Under the pieces are notes generated by a model. The model was not told where the DNA came from. It saw nothing but the letters and a program-made list of their open reading frames with translations, and did not search any database. A stretch of 53,696 bases of DNA. Source: Gammaproteobacteria bacterium (lineage in GTDB: Bacteria > Pseudomonadota > Gammaproteobacteria > Enterobacterales > Kangiellaceae). The translations under genes and the position numbers were made by a program. Each line of letters begins with the position of its first letter. Position 1 is the first letter of the stretch. This document shows positions 39,037-48,630 of this stretch, one piece after another. The DNA is taken from assembly GCA_030432465.1 (NCBI GenBank), contig JAUIHB010000001.1:1-53696 (forward strand), in the 5' to 3' direction.

Positions 39037-39570
39037 CAGAAACTTAAAACTTAAGTCTCTTTGTTCAATACTATGACTACTCTGAGATTGTCCTTTTTTA
39101 AACTCTTCAACCCATAACAGGTATTCAGTGTCCCCAATAGAAAACTCAACTATTTGTTTAGGTTGAATTTTTAATTGCTCATCAGGAAGATTTACAATTA
39201 GTGAGTTTTTATTTTGATCAGAATTTACCGTCAAACGAAGTGATTTTCCTTGTTCATTAACATCAATCCAAGGAAAAAGAGCTTCTTTTTTGATAGCTCT
39301 AAATTGACCTTCATGTTGTAACTTAAATGAAACTAAAGGCCCAGAAGGGTGCATTATTCTTTCAGGAAAAATCTGACAAGTTTTACATTGAGGAATACTC
39401 TCTTGCGACCAATCCACTAGTTGACCATCATAAAACAGATCACCTTGCAGTATTTGCCACAAAAAAGTTTCTTTTTCTTTGCTGAGCTTTAACGGCTCAT
39501 CAGCGTTAGGCTGACAAGCAGTTAAAGTTATCGCAGCAATTACCAATATGATGCGTAGCTTATTTAGCAT
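39022..39570 (-). CDS. Lipoprotein of unknown function (contains CxxC)
   Basis: Lipobox LTAC; CKTC; start overlaps the upstream gene stop. Confidence 0.75.
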   Translation of the reverse strand: MLNKLRIILVIAAITLTACQPNADEPLKLSKEKETFLWQILQGDLFYDGQLVDWSQESIPQCKTCQIFPERIMHPSGPLVSFKLQHEGQFRAIKKEALFPWIDVNEQGKSLRLTVNSDQNKNSLIVNLPDEQLKIQPKQIVEFSIGDTEYLLWVEEFKKGQSQSSHSIEQRDLSFKFLLVRI

Positions 39571-41980
39571 GAGTAATTTTTTTCAACTCTTTAAAGAAGC
39601 TTTCGCTTGGCGCTGTTTCATGGATCAGTTGTGGTTGATTAAACGTATTAATATCACGAACTTTTTGTTGTGATGTAGAGCTCGTTCGTTCACCACTCAC
39701 CGTACCACTCCAATAACGTGAAAAATCAAGTACCAGCATAGCCCACTCATTAACATCATTTAAAACATCAGTAGACGAACCATTACCATTAATATCAACA
39801 TCAACTAATATTTCGCTATCATTCGCGTTACAGTTAAAGTCAACGGCAACAGAATCAATATTTCCCAGCCCTAATACTTCATTAACTGATGACTCATCCA
39901 GAGAAGCATTTACTCCACTTGAATAATCCATTTTAAAATCAGCAGGTGAAACCGTAAAACCATTCAGCAGTTCATTACCTTCAAGATTACAATTCAAATT
40001 ATCTCTAAAGAATGTTCGATAATAACGATCACCTTCTCTCTCACCTATCGTTGGCAGTCCACTTAACTGATATAGATAATTCATACTACTCACATAATTT
40101 GGCTTGTAATTCAGATTATCATTACCGCCATGTAATAAACCTAAATTATGTCCCAATTCATGCAAAATGGTACCAGACTGGAAGTTTATAGTTGTATTAG
40201 CAGCTTCTTCTGTTTCCATAGTAAGCCCCCAACTTCCAATAGAAATTAATAGATCATTTCCCCATAGCTCAGCCACCCCTGAAGAGCCTGCTGCACCATC
40301 TTCTCTTTGGCTATTCGCCATTAACATATAGTGAAAAATTGGCTTTCTTCTAAGATCAAAGTTTTTGACTTTATGATCAATTAAACTCGGAGCGGTTTCT
40401 GTGGCAGCAAAAGTAGTTTGTGCATAGTATTCGATCTGGTTACCGCCACCCAAATCAAAGTCTGCCGCAGATAGTCCTTCGGCCTGATGATATAAATCAC
40501 CAGCATCAAAATGTACGGCGTAACCTTTTTGTGCAAATACATCGACTACTTTTTGCAAGGCAACTTGATGTGGTGTGATGCCGGGATCATCACTTTCCAT
40601 ATAATCTACTTCAATGAAAATATCTTTTATTCCTTGGCGCGCTCCCCAATCATACAAAGATAAGCCAGCAAAAGTAGCACCTTCAACTTCTGAACAATCA
40701 GGAATACCATCTTCATCAACATCATCATTGCATGTGACATCGTTCGGTCCCGCAGGCGTAACAAAAGCCGAGTAAGTCCAGTCAGTTGACATATTAGTAT
40801 CAACATTATCAATGCTTCTTACCAAGCTCATGCCTAAGTCTTCTGTAAGTGCTGGAGCAGAATCTTCACCAGTCCACCCCGCAGCATCGGTTGGTTCTTG
40901 TAAGTTTGCTCCAAACCGAACAAAATCAACGGTTTGATTACTTTCTGTATTCAGTAACTCTACAAAACCATTCAAATACCAATTTGGTCGAATGTTATCA
41001 GCTAAATTACCAATCAAAACTAATTGCTCAGATTGTTCGACACTGGTCTGCCAATATCCGTTAGCAAAACGCCCTTGAACAATAGCATATTCACCTGGTT
41101 CCAGTTCTAAAGTTGGAACAGGAAAAATCTGAATACCAGCATCGGTAAAATCATCCAGATTAATACTGCCTGTTTTTACAGAGTAATCAGCTAAATCGAT
41201 ATTGCCAGCGGTACCATTATAAACTTCGATCCAACGGTTATCATCCCAATACTTAGAAGCGGAAACTTCAGTAATTTTTAAGTCCGCTGATTCAACAGTA
41301 AAACTTCCCACAACCTCTTCTGCAGCAGATGTTCCGTGGAAGTTTTGTGTCTCATCAGTTACTTTAATTTGATAAGTAGCATCATTTTGTAAACCATCAG
41401 CAATGGTTAATTGAAATGTTCGATTATCATCGCTTAAAGATACATCAGAAAAAGCGGTACAAGTGGTAAAGTTATCAGCAGAAACCTGAATACCACCATG
41501 ACACTCTGTATTTTCTGGATCGTAATTAATCGAACCCATCACATCATCAAATGACACACTGATGCTACTCGTGTCTTCAACGCGTATAGCACCATCTTCC
41601 GGAGAAAAACCAGTTACTACTGGGGTAGTGTTATCAACAATATCAAAAGTAATTGTACCGATAGCTTCAGACTCACCATCACTCACTTTAAAATCAAATA
41701 ATGCACTCGAAGTGCTGGTAGCAGAAGGTGTATAAAGAAAAAGCTGGTTTTCTCTATCAATGGCAGTAATAAAACCGATATTAGGTTGTTTAACAATGCT
41801 ATAAGTAATAGCATCACCATCGGGATCGCTACCTTTTAAACTAAATTCGGTTGGGGTATTAAATTCTACATTGATAGTTTCTGTAACAGCTTCTGGCGAT
41901 TTATTAGGATCGCTACAAGCCATCAAAAATCCGCCAAGGCAAAGTGCAGCGGCAATACTTGGAACTCCTTGAATCTTCAT
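39560..41980 (-). CDS. Acidic multidomain lipoprotein: cadherin/Ig-like repeats, lamin-tail-like domain, zinc metallopeptidase
   Basis: Lipobox LMAC; SDPDGDAITY; ITEV...WIEVYN; DVDEDGIPD Ca-binding loop; DIFIEVDYM; HELGHNLGLLHGG; SSMNY Met-turn. Confidence 0.8.
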   Translation of the reverse strand: MKIQGVPSIAAALCLGGFLMACSDPNKSPEAVTETINVEFNTPTEFSLKGSDPDGDAITYSIVKQPNIGFITAIDRENQLFLYTPSATSTSSALFDFKVSDGESEAIGTITFDIVDNTTPVVTGFSPEDGAIRVEDTSSISVSFDDVMGSINYDPENTECHGGIQVSADNFTTCTAFSDVSLSDDNRTFQLTIADGLQNDATYQIKVTDETQNFHGTSAAEEVVGSFTVESADLKITEVSASKYWDDNRWIEVYNGTAGNIDLADYSVKTGSINLDDFTDAGIQIFPVPTLELEPGEYAIVQGRFANGYWQTSVEQSEQLVLIGNLADNIRPNWYLNGFVELLNTESNQTVDFVRFGANLQEPTDAAGWTGEDSAPALTEDLGMSLVRSIDNVDTNMSTDWTYSAFVTPAGPNDVTCNDDVDEDGIPDCSEVEGATFAGLSLYDWGARQGIKDIFIEVDYMESDDPGITPHQVALQKVVDVFAQKGYAVHFDAGDLYHQAEGLSAADFDLGGGNQIEYYAQTTFAATETAPSLIDHKVKNFDLRRKPIFHYMLMANSQREDGAAGSSGVAELWGNDLLISIGSWGLTMETEEAANTTINFQSGTILHELGHNLGLLHGGNDNLNYKPNYVSSMNYLYQLSGLPTIGEREGDRYYRTFFRDNLNCNLEGNELLNGFTVSPADFKMDYSSGVNASLDESSVNEVLGLGNIDSVAVDFNCNANDSEILVDVDINGNGSSTDVLNDVNEWAMLVLDFSRYWSGTVSGERTSSTSQQKVRDINTFNQPQLIHETAPSESFFKELKKITHAK

Positions 41981-42238
41981 ACTCTTTAATTTCCTCTTTT
42001 TCTTTTTAGAACAAACTTATTAATAAACAACAGCCTTAATAGCCAATTTCTTCAATAAATTCAAACGGTAATAATTACCTAATGCTTTTCGCAATAATAT
42101 ATTTCAGATATATTCTGTAAGAAACAGACTAACTTATTAATATTGCTCAGTATTTTTTATACCTACGAGATTGATCAGCAAGCCGGCAGTAAGATAAGCC
42201 AATATATCTTTTGTTTATAAAGCAAATAGCATGCTTAG

Positions 42239-42276
42239 AAATAACAAAGGCAGCTTTTTAGCTGCCTTTGTTATTT
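42239..42276. terminator. Terminator downstream of dnaJ
   Basis: Perfect 17-bp inverted repeat AAATAACAAAGGCAGCT-tttt-AGCTGCCTTTGTTATTT. Confidence 0.85.
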
Positions 42277-42337
42277 AGTATCCAGATGCATAATCGCTGA
42301 ATGAATACGCCAAATTTAATCAATTAAAGAATTAAGA

Positions 42338-43474
42338 TTAATTGGTCATTTCATCCCAGAAGTTTTTTACTCCATCCCACCAAGTCGATGATTTCGGCGA
42401 GTGTTGTTTTTTACTGCCTTTTAGATATTCATCGAACTCTTGTAGCATTTTTTTCTGATCTTTGTTCAGCTTCACAGGCGTTTCCACAACAACTCTACAA
42501 AGTAAGTCACCTCGCATACCACCACGCATGGGGGTAATACCTTTACCTCGTAAACGGAACATTCTGCCTGTTTGAGTCTCTTCCGGCACCTTCAATTTAA
42601 CGCGACCTTCTAATGTTGGAACTTCTAATTCCCCACCTAAACAAGCCGTTGTAAAACTAATCGGCATTTCACAGTACAGGTTATCACCATCACGCTCAAA
42701 AATAGGGTGTTGTTTAACATGCATTTGTACATATAAATCACCGGGAACAGCACCAGGCCCACCCGCTTCACCTTCACCAGTTAAGCGAATTCTATCGCCG
42801 GTATCAACGCCAGCTGGTACTTTAACCGATAAAGTTTTTTCTTTTCTAACACGTCCTTGTCCAGAACAAACCGTACACGGATCTTTAATAACCGTACCTT
42901 GTCCATGACAACTTGGGCAAGTTTGTTGTACGGAAAAGAAACCTTGTTGCATTCTAACTTGGCCGACACCTTTACAAGTACCACAGGTAGTTGAAGAAGA
43001 ACCTTTTTTTGCGCCGCTTCCATCACAAGGCTCACAATCTACATAAGTTGGTATTTTAATTGTCTTTTTAACGCCTTTAACCGCCTCTTCTAAAGACATT
43101 TCTAAATTATATTGTAAATCGGCACCTCGTCGCTGACGTTGACGACCACCACCACGGGCACCACCACCAAAAATATCACCAAAAACATCACCAAAAATAT
43201 CACTGAAACTTTCTGCGCCGCCGCCACCGTGAAACCCGCCTTGGCTTGGATCAACACCAGCATGACCATACTGATCATAAGCTTGGCGTTTTTGCGGATT
43301 AGTGAGTATTTCGTAAGCCTCTTTGGCTTCTTTAAAGCTTTCTTCAGCTTCTTTGGAGTCTGGATTTCTATCTGGGTGGTACTTCATTGCAAGACGACGA
43401 TAGGCTTTCTTCAACTCTTGATCGGTTGCGCCTTTGTTAACGCCTAGAACTTCATAATAATCTTTTTTAGACAT
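42338..43474 (-). CDS. dnaJ: Chaperone DnaJ
   Basis: [11 protein letters not shown] (start moved to 43474), HPD motif, G/F region, four CxxCxGxG repeats. Confidence 0.98.
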   Translation of the reverse strand: MSKKDYYEVLGVNKGATDQELKKAYRRLAMKYHPDRNPDSKEAEESFKEAKEAYEILTNPQKRQAYDQYGHAGVDPSQGGFHGGGGAESFSDIFGDVFGDIFGGGARGGGRQRQRRGADLQYNLEMSLEEAVKGVKKTIKIPTYVDCEPCDGSGAKKGSSSTTCGTCKGVGQVRMQQGFFSVQQTCPSCHGQGTVIKDPCTVCSGQGRVRKEKTLSVKVPAGVDTGDRIRLTGEGEAGGPGAVPGDLYVQMHVKQHPIFERDGDNLYCEMPISFTTACLGGELEVPTLEGRVKLKVPEETQTGRMFRLRGKGITPMRGGMRGDLLCRVVVETPVKLNKDQKKMLQEFDEYLKGSKKQHSPKSSTWWDGVKNFWDEMTN

Positions 43475-43508
43475 CTTACCTGATACCAAATTAAAACTTT
43501 CAGAAACA

Positions 43509-43568
43509 GTAACGCGGGGAGCATTTCCCCGCGCTACACTTATCGCAAAATGCGGCACCAAGCGCCGC
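43509..43568 (-). terminator. Two RNA hairpins in the dnaK-dnaJ intergenic region (partial terminator/stabiliser)
   Basis: Minus-strand GCGGCGC-UUG-GUGCCGC (43568-43552) and GUAGCGCGGGGA-AAUGC-UCCCCGCGUUAC (43537-43509); mismatches resolve as G-U pairs only on the minus strand. Confidence 0.7.
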
Positions 43569-43579
43569 GCGAGCTACAC

Positions 43580-45517
43580 TTATTTTTTATCGTCTTTTAC
43601 TTCTTCAAACTCAGCATCTACGACATCATCGTCACCGCTTTTAGCACTTTCATTTGAGTCTTGCTGAGGTTGCTCACCTTGAGCACCTGCTTCTGCTTGA
43701 GCCTGTGCGTACATACGCTCAGCCATTTTTTGAGAAGCTTGAGTCAAGACCTCAGTTTTAGCTTCGATTTCAGCTTTATCACCACCTTTCATTGCAGTTT
43801 CTAAATCGTTAATTGCAGATTCAATGGCTTCTTTCTCACCGTCTTCAAAAGTAACTTTATCATCTTCCATCGTTTTCTTGGTCGCATGAATCAGGCCATC
43901 AGCTTTGTTACGCACATCAATAAGTTCTTGGAATTTCTTATCTTCTTCAGCATGCGCTTCTGCATCACGTACCATTTTTTCAACTTCATCATCAGACAAA
44001 CCAGAAGATGCTTTAATAACAATTGATTGCTCTTTACCAGTAGCTTTATCTTTTGCTGATACATTCAAAATACCATTCGCATCGATATCAAAAGTTACTT
44101 CAATCTGTGGCATTCCGCGTGCTGCAGCTGGAATATCCTGTAAATCAAACTTACCTAATGATTTATTTTGCGAAGCCATTTTACGCTCGCCTTGCAATAC
44201 ATGCACAGTTACCGCTGTCTGGTTATCTTCCGCAGTTGAGAATACTTGATTCGCTTTAGTTGGAATGGTTGTATTCTTATCAATCAAATTAGTCATCACA
44301 CCACCCATGGTTTCAATACCAAGAGATAATGGTGTTACGTCTAATAGCAATACGTCTGTCACATCACCAGCTAAAACCGCACCTTGGATTGCTGCTCCCA
44401 TAGCTACTGCTTCATCAGGATTCACATCTTTACGTGGCTCTTTACCAAAATGGTTGGTTACCGCTTCTTGTACTTTCGGCATACGAGTTTGACCACCAAC
44501 CAATATAACTTCATCAATTTCAGAAACATTTAAGCCAGCATCTTTAATCGCCATTTTCACAGGCTCTAAAGAGCGCTCAATTAAATCATCAACCAATGAC
44601 TCTAATTTAGCGCGAGTTAACTTAATGTTTAAATGTTTAGGACCTGTTGCATCAGCAGTGATGTATGGCAGGTTAACATCTGTTTGTTGGCTAGACGATA
44701 GCTCAACTTTGGCTTTCTCACCGGCTTCTTTTAAGCGTTGAAGAGCTAGCGGATCATTGTTTAAGTCAATACCACTTTCTTTCTTAAACTCAGCAACTAA
44801 ATACTCAATAACGCGCATGTCGAAGTCTTCACCGCCCAAGAAAGTATCACCGTTAGTCGCCAATACTTCAAATGTGTGCTCACCTTCGACTTCAGCAATT
44901 TCAATAATTGAAATATCGAAAGTACCACCACCCAAATCATAAACAGCGATAGTCTTGTCGCCTTTACTTTTATCCATACCATAAGCCAGAGCTGCCGCTG
45001 TTGGCTCATTGATTATTCGTTTTACGTCTAATCCAGCGATACGTCCAGCATCTTTAGTTGCCTGACGCTGTGAATCGTTAAAGTATGCAGGAACGGTAAT
45101 AACCGCTTCAGTTACTTTTTCACCTAAAAAGTCTTCTGCTGTTTTCTTCATTTTCTTCAGTACTTCAGCACTTACTTGAGGAGGTGCTATTTTTTCACCT
45201 TTCACTTCAACCCAAGCATCGCCATTGTCTGCTGCAGTAATTTTATACGGCACCATCTTAATATCTTTTTGTACAACATCGTCTTTAAACTGACGACCGA
45301 TCAATCGTTTGATAGCAAATAACGTGTTGTGTGGGTTAGTCACCGCTTGGCGCTTGGCAGACTGACCTACTAAAGTTTCACCGTCTTCCGTATAAGCGAC
45401 AATAGAAGGCGTGGTGCGTGCACCTTCAGCGTTTTCAATAACACGCGTGTCTTTGCCATCAAGAACAGCCACACAAGAGTTGGTTGTTCCTAAATCGATA
45501 CCGATAATTTTACCCAT
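43580..45517 (-). CDS. dnaK: Chaperone DnaK (Hsp70)
   Basis: [33 protein letters not shown]. Confidence 0.99.
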   Translation of the reverse strand: MGKIIGIDLGTTNSCVAVLDGKDTRVIENAEGARTTPSIVAYTEDGETLVGQSAKRQAVTNPHNTLFAIKRLIGRQFKDDVVQKDIKMVPYKITAADNGDAWVEVKGEKIAPPQVSAEVLKKMKKTAEDFLGEKVTEAVITVPAYFNDSQRQATKDAGRIAGLDVKRIINEPTAAALAYGMDKSKGDKTIAVYDLGGGTFDISIIEIAEVEGEHTFEVLATNGDTFLGGEDFDMRVIEYLVAEFKKESGIDLNNDPLALQRLKEAGEKAKVELSSSQQTDVNLPYITADATGPKHLNIKLTRAKLESLVDDLIERSLEPVKMAIKDAGLNVSEIDEVILVGGQTRMPKVQEAVTNHFGKEPRKDVNPDEAVAMGAAIQGAVLAGDVTDVLLLDVTPLSLGIETMGGVMTNLIDKNTTIPTKANQVFSTAEDNQTAVTVHVLQGERKMASQNKSLGKFDLQDIPAAARGMPQIEVTFDIDANGILNVSAKDKATGKEQSIVIKASSGLSDDEVEKMVRDAEAHAEEDKKFQELIDVRNKADGLIHATKKTMEDDKVTFEDGEKEAIESAINDLETAMKGGDKAEIEAKTEVLTQASQKMAERMYAQAQAEAGAQGEQPQQDSNESAKSGDDDVVDAEFEEVKDDKK

Positions 45518-45607
45518 CTTTATTTCTCCACAATTTCTGTTTTGATTTGCCTGTTTTACCGTTATCAGAATTCAGAGCAAATTCAATTTCAATCTTAGTT
45601 GCCCTTT

Positions 45608-45635
45608 ATCTGGGGGCTCAATTCATTAATTCAAG
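45608..45635 (-). promoter_or_regulatory. Sigma32 (RpoH) promoter of dnaK-dnaJ
   Basis: Minus strand CTTGAA-N13-CCCCCAGAT versus consensus CTTGAA-N13/14-CCCCATNT. Confidence 0.85.
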
Positions 45636-45641
45636 GAATTT

Positions 45642-46226
45642 TTATGCTTTTTCATCAATTTCTGGTGCTTTACCTTTTGCCACAATCACTCTGGCAGGTC
45701 TGATCAAGCGACCATTTAATGAAAATCCACTTTGCACAACGTGCATAACACTATTGGCGTCATGCTCATCGCTCTCTTGCATAATCATTGCTTCATGCTT
45801 TTCTGGATCAAAGGAATCACCTAGCGGGGTGATCTGCTCAACCGAAAATTTAGCTAAAATATCTATGAGAAGCTTATAAGTTAACTCAATACCCTCACGC
45901 ATAGGGTTAGCTGTATCACCTTCACTAGGTAATTCCAACGCTTTTTCAAGACTATCAACAACCGCTAAAATTTCCTTGGCAAATCGTTCTAAAGCAAACT
46001 TACTGGCATTACTGACTTCACGTTCAGCTCTACGACGAATATTTTCTGTCTCAGCTTTAGCGCGTATGGCAACATCCTTCTGCGTTTCAGCTTCTTTTAA
46101 TGCGGCCTCTAGTTCGGCAGACAAAGACTCAACTTTTTCTTCAAAAGATTCGGTAGAGTCAACACGTTCTTCGGTAGCTTCTGCTTGCTGCTCTTCGGTG
46201 TTTTGAATTTCCTCATTATTACTCAT
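45642..46226 (-). CDS. grpE: Nucleotide exchange factor GrpE
   Basis: RAKAETENIRRR, VVDSLEKAL, FDPEKHEA, GRLIRPARV. Start moved to ATG at 46226 with AGGAG RBS. Confidence 0.97.
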   Translation of the reverse strand: MSNNEEIQNTEEQQAEATEERVDSTESFEEKVESLSAELEAALKEAETQKDVAIRAKAETENIRRRAEREVSNASKFALERFAKEILAVVDSLEKALELPSEGDTANPMREGIELTYKLLIDILAKFSVEQITPLGDSFDPEKHEAMIMQESDEHDANSVMHVVQSGFSLNGRLIRPARVIVAKGKAPEIDEKA

Positions 46227-46325
46227 GTTTAAAGCTCCTAAAGCCCAAAAAGGAACAAAACTATGTCCCATAGTTAAATGGTGTTATCACTAAAAATTTG
46301 GATACATCAATCAAGATGCTGGCAA

Positions 46326-46353
46326 ATATGGGGGTAAGTTGACAATATTCAAG
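46326..46353 (-). promoter_or_regulatory. Sigma32 (RpoH) promoter of grpE
   Basis: Minus strand CTTGAA-N13-CCCCCATAT, near-perfect consensus. Confidence 0.9.
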
Positions 46354-46395
46354 CTAAAAAGTAGTGAAAAATAGAAAAAATCGTGATTAATTCTT

Positions 46396-47445
46396 CTAAG
46401 TATTGTGGGTCGCTTTATAAGTCAACGCGTTGGACAGAAGCTTAGCCGTCACATCAACTATTGGGATCACTTTATCATAGCGCATACGAGTAGGCCCCAC
46501 GACAGCAAGTACACCTATCGATTCCCCCTTTAATTTATAAGGAGCAGTCACGATACTACAATTGGACAAATTCTGGTTGCCACTTTCTTCACCTATAAAG
46601 ATTTTGACACCATCCGCGACCATCGAACGCTCAAGAATTCCTAAAATTTGCTGCTTTTGCTTAAATGCTTGAAAAATTCGCTCCAGATTGTCTAATTGTC
46701 CTAGACTCGCCATTGACACAAGATTAGTCTGCCCAGACAAATGAAAGCTATTTTCTATCGATACTTCTTTAGAGTCACCAGCCATACCTTGTTGAGCAAA
46801 AGAAATCGCTTGGCGAGTCAGCTCATCGAGTTGCTCTTTATCTGCCGTCATTTGATTTAAAATTTCTTGTTTTACAGCACGTAAATCTTTACCAACCATA
46901 TGTTGATTTAAGAAATTCGCCATAAGACTTAACTCTTGTCGATCAAAATCCCGATCAACTCGAATCACACGATTTTGAATTTCGTCATCCTGTAAAACCA
47001 AAACTACTAAAACTCGTCTATCGGACAGAGGCACAAAATCAATATGTTCTATTCTTTGGAAGGGTTTGCTTGGCATTTGTACCAGACTAGCCATTTTGGT
47101 CATTTCCGACAACATACTCGAAGCATTCCCTAGGATAGTCTTGGTTTCCTGAGATGGGTTTAAAGAATGTTTTAATCGAGCCAGCTTCTCATTCTGAATA
47201 TCTTTCACCTGAACTAACTGATCGACAAAAATCCTTAGTCCCTGCGTAGTTGGTATCCGACCCGCGGAAGTGTGTGGGGATAGTAACAGCCCTTGCTTCT
47301 CCAGATCCGCCATAATATTCCGAATAGTAGCAGCACTAACCGACAAGTTGCCGCGCTGATAAAGTGCTTTAGAACCAACAGGCAAACCTTCCCGCACATA
47401 GGACTCTATTAAAGACTTCATTAAGAGCAAATCACGTTCTTTCAT
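46396..47445 (-). CDS. hrcA: Heat-inducible transcription repressor HrcA
   Basis: PVGSK, SAATIRNIMADLE, PHTSAGRIPT, IFIGEE, VVGPTRMRY; likely start ATG 47445. Confidence 0.96.
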   Translation of the reverse strand: MKERDLLLMKSLIESYVREGLPVGSKALYQRGNLSVSAATIRNIMADLEKQGLLLSPHTSAGRIPTTQGLRIFVDQLVQVKDIQNEKLARLKHSLNPSQETKTILGNASSMLSEMTKMASLVQMPSKPFQRIEHIDFVPLSDRRVLVVLVLQDDEIQNRVIRVDRDFDRQELSLMANFLNQHMVGKDLRAVKQEILNQMTADKEQLDELTRQAISFAQQGMAGDSKEVSIENSFHLSGQTNLVSMASLGQLDNLERIFQAFKQKQQILGILERSMVADGVKIFIGEESGNQNLSNCSIVTAPYKLKGESIGVLAVVGPTRMRYDKVIPIVDVTAKLLSNALTYKATHNT

Positions 47446-47606
47446 ACAAACTACAACCAAAAATGAGGGTTATATTAGATAAAAAGGCTATTTAGTAAGC
47501 CAGTCTCTTGATAATCAAAATAAAACAGTCGATTATTAGGCATTCATACAAGCTAAGGATAATATGCGACCTGTCATGTCAAAATTCAAGTCGTTGAGTT
47601 ACGTTA

Positions 47607-48503
47607 ATGTCATTAAATAAAAATACAAAACCTGCATTTAACCGCATAGGCATCACAGGCAAGCCGGGCAGTCGAGCAGCCATGGAAACAGTAAGCTTAC
47701 TCTGTCAGCAATTAAAAAATGACGGTAAGCAAGTTTATATTCCTCAACGACATCACGAAGCAGTACAAGTTGAAGGTATTAATATCGTTAATTTTGAACA
47801 GCTTGGTCAATTATGCGATTTAGTCATCGTGGTGGGTGGTGATGGCAGCATGCTGAAAACCGCCCGCGCATTAATCGATAGCCAAGTGCCTTTATTAGGT
47901 ATTAATCGTGGACACCTTGGCTTTTTAACTGATATTCGCCCGACAGAAATTGTAACTCGCATTCCCCCAATTTTGGCTGGGGATTATACCTTGGAAAATC
48001 GCTTTTTACTATTTGCTCAAGTGTTTAGAGGTGAAACGTTAATCGGCTCGTCCTGTGCGGTTAATGATGTTGTTCTTTATCCAGGCGAAATAGCCCGCAT
48101 GATTGAGTTTGAGCTTTATATGGACGACCAATTTGTTTATAGCCAACGCTCAGATGGACTTATCGTCTCAACTCCAACAGGTTCCACAGCTTATGCGCTA
48201 TCTGGCGGCGGCCCGATTGTATCGCCAGAAACCGATTCGATAGTACTCGTTCCCATGTTTCCGCATACTTTAACTAGTCGTCCCATCACCGTTAACCGTG
48301 AGCGAATTATTGACTTAGTCATTTCAGAATCTAGCCCACACAACCCACAGCTGAGTTGTGATGGACAAGAAATTATTTCTTTAGAAGCTGGCGATCGGAT
48401 ACGAATCAAGCAATATCCCATAGAAATGCAGCTTGTTCACCCGCTTGACTACGACTATTTTGAAGTACTCAGAAGTAAATTAAACTGGGGACAACGGTTA
48501 TAA
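47607..48503 (+). CDS. nadK: NAD+ kinase
   Basis: GGDGSML, GHLGFL, ND, DGLIVSTPTGSTAYALSGGGP. Confidence 0.96.
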   Translation: MSLNKNTKPAFNRIGITGKPGSRAAMETVSLLCQQLKNDGKQVYIPQRHHEAVQVEGINIVNFEQLGQLCDLVIVVGGDGSMLKTARALIDSQVPLLGINRGHLGFLTDIRPTEIVTRIPPILAGDYTLENRFLLFAQVFRGETLIGSSCAVNDVVLYPGEIARMIEFELYMDDQFVYSQRSDGLIVSTPTGSTAYALSGGGPIVSPETDSIVLVPMFPHTLTSRPITVNRERIIDLVISESSPHNPQLSCDGQEIISLEAGDRIRIKQYPIEMQLVHPLDYDYFEVLRSKLNWGQRL

Positions 48504-48630
48504 AATCGAGCATGGTTATACAACAGAGAATTGTTGCGCAAAAAATCTAGGATTGAAAACTACATCTATCCAAAGCGAAATAACTAAGATAAAATGCTAA
48601 GCAGTCTTCATTAACTACTTGTATGATTAG

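Noticed and set aside
43139-43447. Plus-strand ORF with TKNI/TTT repeats
   Set aside because: Antisense shadow of the DnaJ G/F-rich DIFG/DVFG repeats.
43475-43561. 29-aa N-terminal extension of DnaJ in the ORF track (similarly the extensions on GrpE, KorA-like and KorC-like ORFs)
   Set aside because: Longest-ORF artefacts; canonical N-termini lie downstream, with RBS or stop/start coupling support for GrpE and the Kor-like genes, and the DnaJ extension spans RNA hairpins.
43905-46206. Several antisense ORFs over dnaK and grpE (and others over sucB, kor genes, nadK, recN)
   Set aside because: Typical codon-bias shadows of highly expressed genes; no independent signals.
48511-48526. Possible LexA box upstream of recN (CATGGTTATACAACAG)
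   Set aside because: Right half fits ACAG but the left half lacks CTG at the required CTG-N10-CAG spacing; cannot be supported.
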